IMG/VR virus record: IMGVR_UViG_3300033143_005785
Location: 1 to 37,826 of that record
Length of the DNA: 37,826 nt
From: a virus
Taxonomy: Duplodnaviria > Caudoviricetes
Reading direction: 5' to 3' (one strand)
Part shown: positions 1 through 6,775 of the stretch, in pieces
How the letters are laid out: each line of letters opens with the position of its first letter
How positions within the stretch are numbered: position 1 is the first letter of the stretch
Made by a program: the position numbers and the translations under genes
The notes under the pieces: generated by a model
What the model saw: only the letters and a program-made list of their open reading frames with translations
Told to the model about the DNA's origin: nothing
Databases searched by the model: none

Positions 1-69
1 TTGACTCACACTTAGCCCCTCTATATTTATTAATTCCGCTAATCCCTTGCCATCAAACGTTCTCTTCAT
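1..69 (-). CDS. Partial CDS running off the left end, possible XRE/Cro-like HTH protein (MKRTFDGKGLAELINIEGLSVSQ...)
   Basis: Read manually: SD AGGAGGTG then ATG at 69, open to the window edge. L-x-E-L...GLS-x-S-Q resembles the start of an XRE HTH. Only 23 codons are visible. Confidence 0.45.
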   Translation of the reverse strand, partial: MKRTFDGKGLAELINIEGLSVSQ

Positions 70-82
70 ATTTTCACCTCCT

Positions 83-361
83 TTATTTTACTGGTCTTTT
101 GTTATTTTTCAGACATCGCTTACAAATAAAAAAAGACTCATTAGTATAGTCTGTTACATAAACCCCGCAATCAGGGCACACTTCTTGCCTGCATTCAAAA
201 CAAGCCTTTGCCTCATCAAAACCTGTCTCTGTATTTCGGATAGTATTCCCGCAAATTGTACAATGATCAATATAGAAATATGTTGGCGGCTCTGTCGGCA
301 TAGGGCTAATGCTATGCGGGGTTTCAAAATCTTCATTGTATATGTAGTCGTTGTATCCCAT
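83..361 (-). CDS. Hypothetical Cys-rich (zinc-finger-like) protein
   Basis: Four CxxC pairs (CTIC, CFEC, CPDC, CKRC). Start moved to ATG 361 behind SD GGAGGAG. Confidence 0.7.
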   Translation of the reverse strand: MGYNDYIYNEDFETPHSISPMPTEPPTYFYIDHCTICGNTIRNTETGFDEAKACFECRQEVCPDCGVYVTDYTNESFFICKRCLKNNKRPVK

Positions 362-362
362 C

Positions 363-467
363 TTATTCTCCTCCCTTAACAAATATTTTCTGCATTACCC
401 ACGCAAAACACCAGAAGCCCGCCCCGACGCTCCACATAGCCAAGAAAAACTTCATATTTTCGGACAT
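363..467 (-). CDS. Small single-TM protein, 34 aa (MSENMKFFLAMWSVGAGFWCFAWVMQKIFVKGGE)
   Basis: Below the ORF-track cutoff. SD AAGGAG upstream, fills the gap between neighbours and has one hydrophobic segment. Confidence 0.55.
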   Translation of the reverse strand: MSENMKFFLAMWSVGAGFWCFAWVMQKIFVKGGE

Positions 468-491
468 AGCCCTTGTCTCCTTTTCTCTATC

Positions 492-674
492 TTAAGAATA
501 TATATACGCCAACGCCGCATCTCTATCTAAACCTCGACTTTTAAAATGGCAATGTGAGCATTCCCTTGCTTCTTTATTGCGAATAACCCCATCATCGTCA
601 GGCAAATAAACATATACCCAGTTCCGAAATGAACAATCACCAGAGAGTTCTTTGCCACAAGTTACGCATTGCAT
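492..674 (-). CDS. Hypothetical zinc-ribbon-like protein
   Basis: CVTC and CSHC pairs; SD GGAGG upstream. Confidence 0.7.
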   Translation of the reverse strand: MQCVTCGKELSGDCSFRNWVYVYLPDDDGVIRNKEARECSHCHFKSRGLDRDAALAYIYS

Positions 675-689
675 ATTCCTTACCTCCGT

Positions 690-875
690 TTAAAGATAAC
701 CCGTACGATAACTCCTCACTATCCAGTTCATATCCGCAATCGTACCTCTTGTGCTATAGCATTTTTTTAATTCCCTTATTGCAGATTTTTCCCCTCGACC
801 TTGTCTTCTGGACGCAATATTAGTTATCTCAGAAACCGCCTCATCAAACGCTTCTTTTCTTGTTTGCCTTGCCAT
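690..875 (-). CDS. Hypothetical small basic protein
   Basis: SD GAGGGGGTG upstream; co-oriented and tightly packed. Confidence 0.65.
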   Translation of the reverse strand: MARQTRKEAFDEAVSEITNIASRRQGRGEKSAIRELKKCYSTRGTIADMNWIVRSYRTGYL

Positions 876-926
876 ATTCTCACCCCCTCTTTAATAAATT
901 TTTTCAGCGTTCCAATTTTGCCACTT

Positions 927-1523
927 TTATTTAATAAATCCCAACGCTCTTGCCTCTTTTTCACCGGGAAATGGTTGGCCTTTTATTGAGAAGGGGATCA
1001 GTCTCTGTAAAATTATCATTACTTTCCCCGTGTCCATATTCTTAAGTACTAAGCAATTATTTTGTAAGCTATCTTTTTCGTTCACGGAGAGAAATAAATG
1101 ATAATTCTTAAAATTAATACGAACTCCGTTTTTTACTTTAATCTTCAGATCCTCCAACCCTCGATAGAAATATTCGGCATCAAACGGACATAACAAATTT
1201 GGATCGTCTGAAGACTGTGGCTTGATAATTACTGAATATTCAGTGAATATTTTCCCGATAGGTGTCCGAGAAATTCCCATACCACCTTGAACATCGAGGG
1301 AACTTTCGGGGGTTTCGTCACAAAAATATGCAATTTCCGCAGGCTGTAATTGTTTAGTTATGTTTGCGGCAATTTCATTTATTCTTAATCCTGTGAATAT
1401 CCGAGCCCCGAATTTGTCGCTTTTTTTCACTTTTCCATTGCGAATCATTATTTGCCCATTGGTTATCCAGCCGCATTTCCCCTCGATTTTTACTAAATTT
1501 TTCAATCGCTTACTTTTAATCAT
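927..1523 (-). CDS. Hypothetical protein
   Basis: 198-aa ORF with SD AAGGGG; no recognised motif. Confidence 0.7.
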   Translation of the reverse strand: MIKSKRLKNLVKIEGKCGWITNGQIMIRNGKVKKSDKFGARIFTGLRINEIAANITKQLQPAEIAYFCDETPESSLDVQGGMGISRTPIGKIFTEYSVIIKPQSSDDPNLLCPFDAEYFYRGLEDLKIKVKNGVRINFKNYHLFLSVNEKDSLQNNCLVLKNMDTGKVMIILQRLIPFSIKGQPFPGEKEARALGFIK

Positions 1524-1643
1524 GCTCTATTCCCCCTTTCATTTATCCCCCTTGTTTGTTCGGCACACACGCGGACCGCCAGCAGCGGCCCAAGTCTGGA
1601 CCGAGATTAGAAAATCGAAGTAATTATTAAGCCATCTTTTTCT

Positions 1644-1838
1644 TTATATTAATTTTAGGTCTTCTTCATTACATCGCCATTCATAGGATGTTTTGCTATC
1701 TTCACAAACAACCTCTTTTGTCTTTGGAAAATAAAGACAAGCATCCCCTTTTTTAATGCGTTTTCCTGTTTCTGCACAAACACAATTAAAATGTGCAAAA
1801 ATCATTCTCGGTGGATTATAATATCTTTTATACCCCAT
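1644..1838 (-). CDS. Hypothetical small Cys-containing phage protein (putative Zn-binding)
   Basis: AHFNCVCAETGKRIKKGD...VVC pattern; SD GGAGGTG upstream. Confidence 0.7.
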   Translation of the reverse strand: MGYKRYYNPPRMIFAHFNCVCAETGKRIKKGDACLYFPKTKEVVCEDSKTSYEWRCNEEDLKLI

Positions 1839-1900
1839 TTTTACACCTCCACTTTGGCTTTCCCATTTTCAATCTCCTTTATTAACTAAATTCTGGTTAT

Positions 1901-1929
1901 ACTATCGCACAGATTGAATGCCTTGTCAA
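1901..1929 (-). promoter_or_regulatory. Sigma70-type promoter driving the leftward small-gene cluster
   Basis: TTGACA (1929-1924), 17-nt spacer ending in TGTGC (extended -10 TG), then GATAGT (1906-1901). A-tracts upstream resemble an UP element. Confidence 0.7.
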
Positions 1930-2130
1930 GTTTTTTATTAAGTTTTTTTATGTTGAGTTTATTAGAGTTGTAACGTTTATTAAAAGTGGCATATAATCAA
2001 AAAGTGGAATTTGAGTTTTTTTAAGTGGCAACCTGTAAGTAATCCTTACAAGTTCAAAAGGTCCGGAGTAATTCCAGAATTTAAGTTTTTTAATATTTTG
2101 ATAACCGAATATAAGGAAGATAAAGAGGAT

Positions 2131-2248
2131 TAGAATGTTTTATTTATTTGACCAGCGTAGGGTTTAAATTTGTGGGAGCACTTTGAGCACCTTCCCTATA
2201 CCCAAGTATAGGGTGAGAGGAGAAAAGGCTTAAATATCGATTTTAAGC
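2131..2248. repeat. Copy 1 of a dispersed intergenic palindromic repeat family
   Basis: TAGAATGTTTTATTTA at 2131-2146 is the reverse complement of 13296-13311. Inverted repeat CCCTATAC-ccaa-GTATAGGG at 2194-2213. CTTAAATATCGATTTTAAGC at 2229-2248 matches 24134-24153 at 19/20. Confidence 0.7.
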
Positions 2249-2330
2249 GTGGTTTTGCTTCATAGGTTATATCATGTCTGTAAAAAGAAAAAAGCTCTCA
2301 GTGGACGCCTCAGGCGGTAAATATGACGAA

Positions 2331-3062
2331 TTAAGCAAATAGTTTATCCCATTTTGCTTGCCCGTGTTTTTTAACAATTCGCCGTTCAATTTCTTTGATA
2401 GTAGCAGGGCTATTCCAGTCTTTATATAATCGAGCGCCGACTATTGAGCCGTGATGATAAATAAAGATATCATTGCGAATCGCTAATTCATAACCAGCAT
2501 CAACTAAACGAATAGAAAGTTCTAAATCATCCCCATACATATCAAATTCATTATCAAGGCCGCCGATCTCTTCTAAAATATCTCTCTTGGTTAAGAAGCA
2601 AAAGCCAATAAGATAATTTTGTTTAATTAAGTGAGTGCGAATATTGTGAAAAATATTTTGCTTCCCACTTACGTAATTTGAAGAAGGCCCAACGGCGCCT
2701 ATATTAGGAAGTTTATTAAATACTTCTAACATTGCCCGCAGCCACAAACAAGAAGCTAAAGGGACAAAGATATCGTCATTGCAAAAAAGTATATATTCGG
2801 AATTAGAATGTTGCAAGCCAAGTTCTAAACCGCCGACCCAACCTAAATTTTTCGATGCTTGCACAAATTCTAAATTAGGATAGCCAGCAAAGCTTTTTTG
2901 CAAACTTTTATCACCGTTATTAACAAGGATTATGCGGAGCGGACTAATTAAACGAGTGCAAAGTATTGAAGAAACTGCAGAGACAACATATTTTTTGTTA
3001 TTAAAGGTAGGGATAATTATATCTGTTTGTTCTTGACTCATGATTTTTTCTCCTTTTGTCAA
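2331..3062 (-). CDS. Glycosyltransferase family 2 (GT-A fold)
   Basis: DIIIPTFN, IILVNNG, NLGWVGG, ILFCNDD (DxD-like), IGFCFL, IGGLDNEF, GDDLELSIRL and FIYHHGS are canonical GT2 motifs. Confidence 0.9.
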   Translation of the reverse strand: MTKGEKIMSQEQTDIIIPTFNNKKYVVSAVSSILCTRLISPLRIILVNNGDKSLQKSFAGYPNLEFVQASKNLGWVGGLELGLQHSNSEYILFCNDDIFVPLASCLWLRAMLEVFNKLPNIGAVGPSSNYVSGKQNIFHNIRTHLIKQNYLIGFCFLTKRDILEEIGGLDNEFDMYGDDLELSIRLVDAGYELAIRNDIFIYHHGSIVGARLYKDWNSPATIKEIERRIVKKHGQAKWDKLFA

Positions 3063-3063
3063 T

Positions 3064-4173
3064 TTAAGGGAAGAGCTTAAAGAGTTCTAAGCGCTTTTTT
3101 AATATCTTTTTATCTTCTCTTTGTTTGTTTTTCACTTTATCTCGCCACCCCTCCCTTAATCTAATTGTTGTAATAGCAAAAATCACAGCAACAATAGGCA
3201 ACATAGAAATCTGATGTCTCGGCATAACGATAGTAATACTATGTATCAGCGTCCAATATAGTAAAATTATATATAATAAATCAAGTCGCATATTTCTCTT
3301 ATTTACTAAAAATGACAACGGTAAAGAATGAAACACTAATAGAAAAAATGCGCTAATGCCAAAAAAGGAAAATGGGGCATAGATTTTAGAACCATCAGTA
3401 AGCCATTCCTTCCGACATGGATAACCCCACATTCCCCCAACTCCGAAAACTCGCTCTAATACTGAATGTCGAAACTGTATCGGACTGTTAGGGTCTTGCT
3501 TAATAACCGCTTGCTTCTTTAATGCTTGGCTATACCCTTGATATTCGTGTAACAAATAAGGACAGAAAAAACATAAATAAACAGTTCCAAGAACCAAACC
3601 AAGCCTAACCTTTTTCTTAAAAATTAACCATGCGGCACAAATTAATGGAATTGGTAAAAACATCTGCCGAAATAATGTTGTCAACATCCCCACTCCTGCT
3701 GCTAACGACATAAACAATTCATTATTTTTCTTCAATGCCTTAAATAATAATAGCAAAAAGCAAGTAACCCCAAAGGCAATCATAGGCTCTTTAATAATCA
3801 AACGTGTGTATAACAATAATCTTGGATGTAAACTATAAAATATTACAGCAAGATAACCACCTGTTGAGCCACAAAAACTCTTTGTAAGAAAATAAATCCC
3901 GATTAAAGAACAAAGATAGACTATAAACTGAGAGATATATACATACTTTGGATGCACACTGAATAATCTATAATGCCATTCTATCCATTTGTAATAACCT
4001 AAATAAGTCAATGGATATGGATGTTGATGATTGGCAATCCTCAGTAATACGTGTTTATGGTAGTTAACTGCCCCATCGTAATTAATAGGAAAGTCAAACA
4101 GATTTACGCATAACCACATAATTTGCAATAGAACAATCGCAATAATTATTATAAGCAAAGACGCATTTTTCAT
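3064..4173 (-). CDS. Multi-pass membrane GT-C glycosyltransferase (ArnT/PMT-like, GT83/GT39-type)
   Basis: About 9-10 hydrophobic segments. Acidic residue in the first loop (NYDG...YH), plus KEP, LFRQ and C-terminal PRH..SMLP motifs typical of GT-C enzymes. Adjacent to the GT2 gene. Confidence 0.7.
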   Translation of the reverse strand: MKNASLLIIIIAIVLLQIMWLCVNLFDFPINYDGAVNYHKHVLLRIANHQHPYPLTYLGYYKWIEWHYRLFSVHPKYVYISQFIVYLCSLIGIYFLTKSFCGSTGGYLAVIFYSLHPRLLLYTRLIIKEPMIAFGVTCFLLLLFKALKKNNELFMSLAAGVGMLTTLFRQMFLPIPLICAAWLIFKKKVRLGLVLGTVYLCFFCPYLLHEYQGYSQALKKQAVIKQDPNSPIQFRHSVLERVFGVGGMWGYPCRKEWLTDGSKIYAPFSFFGISAFFLLVFHSLPLSFLVNKRNMRLDLLYIILLYWTLIHSITIVMPRHQISMLPIVAVIFAITTIRLREGWRDKVKNKQREDKKILKKRLELFKLFP

Positions 4174-4198
4174 ACAAACGCTTCCTTATTTAAAACAT

Positions 4199-4366
4199 TT
4201 ATCGATTTTTCCCACCACCACGACCACCACCACGCCCATATCCCGGCCCATTAGAAGGACACGGCTTTTTGTTTCTACTTACCCGCCTACCGCCGCTCAC
4301 GCCTCTTCCTTTTCCTCTTCCGTCTTGTGGCCGTTTCAATCCTCTTGGATTTCTGCTAACAGTCAT
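4199..4366 (-). CDS. Small Gly/Arg-rich basic protein, 55 aa (MTVSRNPRGLKRPQDGRGKGRGVSGGRRVSRNKKPCPSNGPGYGRGGGRGGGKNR)
   Basis: Read manually. ATGA overlap with the stop of the upstream spliced gene, SD AAGGGGG, RG/RGG repeats. Confidence 0.7.
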   Translation of the reverse strand: MTVSRNPRGLKRPQDGRGKGRGVSGGRRVSRNKKPCPSNGPGYGRGGGRGGGKNR

Positions 4367-5372
4367 TTTTTTAATCCCCCTTTATTTAAATCAAAATTCA
4401 CTCGTTCCCGATATTCCTCTTTTTTACCGGGATTCCATTGTTTAATCGGTCTGTAATCATATTTGGACTGTCGCATCTTGGAGACGTTTATGAAATTTTT
4501 GTCTCTTTAAACTTAATCTCCTACCCACTTCGTTCAGTCTCTCAGCGTGGCTCATTGCTAAATCATACTTCCGTTTTAAAAAAAACTTTGGTATGTTAAG
4601 GTAAAAATAATTTACCAACTTTTTAGTATCCGTCGCACATAATCTTAATCTATAAATCGTATTTCCATTCTTAACAATTTTCTTTTTCTCAGATATAATT
4701 CCATCAGCAACAAGAATGTTTTTTATATCTTTTAGCAATGGCATATATCCATTAATTTCAGCGAATAAATAACCCCTTTTATCTATAGTAAATTCGCCAT
4801 CAGCATCAAAAATACCATGCACAAAATATTTGCGAATTTTTGGTTGTAGCAAATTAATATGTAATCTATGTCTGGCATCTTTGCGTTTATATATTCCATA
4901 TTTCTTTAATTGATTATGAATTCGCCAACTACGGAAATCAATCTCGACTGAATGATATTGTTTCTTATTTATAGTTTGCGTTCGTCGCCGAATAGGCCTG
5001 ATGGATTCAATAAAAACAAGAAATTGTTTAAGAAATTCTTCATCTTTTTGAGAAATAGTAAATCGTATTCTATTCTCTCTGCAATATCCATCTCCATATA
5101 AAAACCCTATCCAATACGCTGAAGTTTCATTTAATTCATCAAAAACATTCTCATTTAATGGATACTTTCTTTTTAAAGTCATAATAAACTCCTCTGTAAA
5201 TTAATTTACGTTGGTCAAATTCTTGACCATTGCCTTCGCCCTTATTGTCTCTTTCGAGATTTACAAGTCAATTAGAAGTGGTTTTAGTTGGGCATTTTTC
5301 GACCTTTGTTTACCCAACAATTCTTGAATATACCTCACATTTTTCGCCACATTTACTTTCGTTCTGGCTCAT
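4363..5372 (-). CDS. Intron-split stand-alone class III RNR (NrdD) C-terminal glycyl-radical peptide, 51 aa; exon 1 5372-5312, exon 2 4457-4363
   Basis: Spliced product MSQNESKCGEKCEVYSRIVG-YYRPIKQWNPGKKEEYRERVNFDLNKGGLKK matches the NrdD C-terminal signature (YSRIVGYYRP..QWN.GK..E...R). The split codon T|AT restores the frame. SD GGAGG upstream. Confidence 0.88.
4457..5182 (-). CDS. Intron-encoded LAGLIDADG homing endonuclease (two motifs)
   Basis: AYWIGFLYGDG and YFVHGIFDADG motifs; N-terminal NENVFDE; C-terminal FLKRKY; SD GAGGAG. Confidence 0.92.
   Translation of the reverse strand: MTLKRKYPLNENVFDELNETSAYWIGFLYGDGYCRENRIRFTISQKDEEFLKQFLVFIESIRPIRRRTQTINKKQYHSVEIDFRSWRIHNQLKKYGIYKRKDARHRLHINLLQPKIRKYFVHGIFDADGEFTIDKRGYLFAEINGYMPLLKDIKNILVADGIISEKKKIVKNGNTIYRLRLCATDTKKLVNYFYLNIPKFFLKRKYDLAMSHAERLNEVGRRLSLKRQKFHKRLQDATVQI
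4458..5311 (-). mobile_element. Group I self-splicing intron (854 nt) with an endonuclease ORF in the P6 region
   Basis: P1: exon GUUGGGU pairs with IGS GCCCAAC (5293-5287) with U.G at the splice site. P3 CCACUUC (5281-5275)/GAAGUGG (4531-4525). P7 GACUG (4539-4535)/CAGUC (4470-4466) within AGAGACUGA and AAGAUGCGACAGUCC. P5 UCUC-GAAA-GAGA. Terminal G at 4458. Confidence 0.9.
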
Positions 5373-5907
5373 AAAGCCCATACACCTCCCATTGTAAATG
5401 ATTTTTTAAATAAGCATTTAATTCTGGCGGCGACATATGCGCCACAAGACCAATATATTCCTTCGGTTGCCATGCGACTAAATCTTCTATTATTCGTTCA
5501 GAACAAAAATTTAATACACGAGAATTCAATCTTGTCCAATGGATAATCTTCCCGAATACGCCAAGTATATCATAGAAACGCTTATACCAAACCTCTTCAA
5601 GTTCGTTTTTAATAATAGATTTTAAACGACCATTTTCATAATAAGTCGACTCTGGATTATAAAAAACCTTAATGCGATATTTCTTAAGGAAGGCTTTTAT
5701 AGGAACGACCCGATATAACCACCCTTGACTTGCCACAAGAGTTGGCTTTAAGTAAAACGCCGCATGCTGATAAAATCCATTCTGGTGAATCTTAATCATA
5801 AAACCACTAAATGAGCGCAATTTATCAAAAACCAAAATATACGGATAATATTGTTCTGGCAGATTAAGCATATCTGACTTATTTAATAATTTTATATCAC
5901 TTGCCAT
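5353..5907 (-). CDS. Permuted papain-like NlpC/P60 (YiiX/YaeF-like) cysteine hydrolase
   Basis: His-first motif YQHAAFYL, then YDILG and FCSE catalytic Cys, then SPPEL. Located next to the lysis genes. Confidence 0.75.
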   Translation of the reverse strand: MASDIKLLNKSDMLNLPEQYYPYILVFDKLRSFSGFMIKIHQNGFYQHAAFYLKPTLVASQGWLYRVVPIKAFLKKYRIKVFYNPESTYYENGRLKSIIKNELEEVWYKRFYDILGVFGKIIHWTRLNSRVLNFCSERIIEDLVAWQPKEYIGLVAHMSPPELNAYLKNHLQWEVYGLYEPERK

Positions 5908-5911
5908 ATTT

Positions 5912-6091
5912 TTATTTCTCGATTTCTATTTTTAATGGCGGGGCACTTTCCATAGAAACTATCTGTCCCTTATCGTTATACTCAACTTTTCCCCAGCCGA
6001 CAAAAGTCCGCTTGTTTTTTGTCGTATATGCACAACTGAAGAGTAAAACCATTAGTAAACAGAGAATTGCAATATTAATACGCTTTATCAT
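5912..6091 (-). CDS. Small lipoprotein, o-spanin candidate
   Basis: MIKRINIAILCLLMVLLFS-C lipobox; immediately downstream of the endolysin. Start may instead be 6106. Confidence 0.55.
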   Translation of the reverse strand: MIKRINIAILCLLMVLLFSCAYTTKNKRTFVGWGKVEYNDKGQIVSMESAPPLKIEIEK

Positions 6092-6093
6092 TT

Positions 6094-6549
6094 TTATCCC
6101 CGCCATAGCCGCTTCATATTTTCTTTAATTCTTTCTTTACCCACTTGCCAAAAGTATTTACTATTAAAAACCTCTAATGCTACTTCTTTCCAATCCTCTA
6201 CCTCAACCGCTCTCAACATATCGTCAAAATCGAGGAATTGACTCAGCCCTAATGTAAATAACATATCGATAAACGCAAACTTGCGAGCAATATTAATCTT
6301 GTCGTTCATTCGATAAATTTCACAGAAGACCTTATCATAATCATTGATAGCGATTGCAAAGTCTGCTTGGAAAAACTCTTCCGCTTGTTGTGGCGATATA
6401 TTCTCAATATCAGGCTTTACTTTTCCAAGCCAATGACCATATCCAACTGACCAGCCATCTCTATCAGGATAAGGGACTAAAACACAATCTTCATATTTCT
6501 TGATCTTCGTTTCTAAACCTTTTATTTGGGACTTCGTAAATATTGTCAT
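6094..6549 (-). CDS. Endolysin, T4-lysozyme-like (GH24) muramidase
   Basis: E20...PY.D29..G.S34.VGYGH catalytic region, AFIDMLFTLG, and SKYFWQVGKER. Confidence 0.88.
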   Translation of the reverse strand: MTIFTKSQIKGLETKIKKYEDCVLVPYPDRDGWSVGYGHWLGKVKPDIENISPQQAEEFFQADFAIAINDYDKVFCEIYRMNDKINIARKFAFIDMLFTLGLSQFLDFDDMLRAVEVEDWKEVALEVFNSKYFWQVGKERIKENMKRLWRG

Positions 6550-6550
6550 A

Positions 6551-6766
6551 TTATTTCATATCCTTAGCAACATCAGCTAATCCCATAATAATATTTGCTG
6601 CTGTGTCAGAATTTCGTTTATACATTATCTTAACCGTATCCGTGGTTTTTTTGTATTCAAGGGAAGGAGCACTAAAAATGGATATATATCGATAATCTCC
6701 CATCTTCACATACGTACAACCAAATAAAAATAAAGTAATAATTAAAAGCAAAATAAGTCTTCGCAT
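6551..6766 (-). CDS. Small lipoprotein, spanin-like candidate
   Basis: MRRLILLLIITLFLFG-C lipobox; directly upstream of the endolysin. Confidence 0.6.
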   Translation of the reverse strand: MRRLILLLIITLFLFGCTYVKMGDYRYISIFSAPSLEYKKTTDTVKIMYKRNSDTAANIIMGLADVAKDMK

Positions 6767-6775
6767 TATACTTCC

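Noticed and set aside
2281-2330. Intrinsic terminator after the GT2 gene
   Set aside because: A U-tract is present, but the only clear stem (CGCC-UGA-GGCG) is short and about 12 nt away from it, too weak to call.
1930-2330. CRISPR mini-array, tRNA or attachment site in the largest non-coding gap
   Set aside because: No regularly spaced 25-40 bp repeats, no cloverleaf noticed, and no integrase in the window.
4457-5182. LAGLIDADG gene as a free-standing endonuclease or intein
   Set aside because: It is flanked by group I core pairings and by exons that rejoin in frame. It has its own RBS and no intein splice residues.
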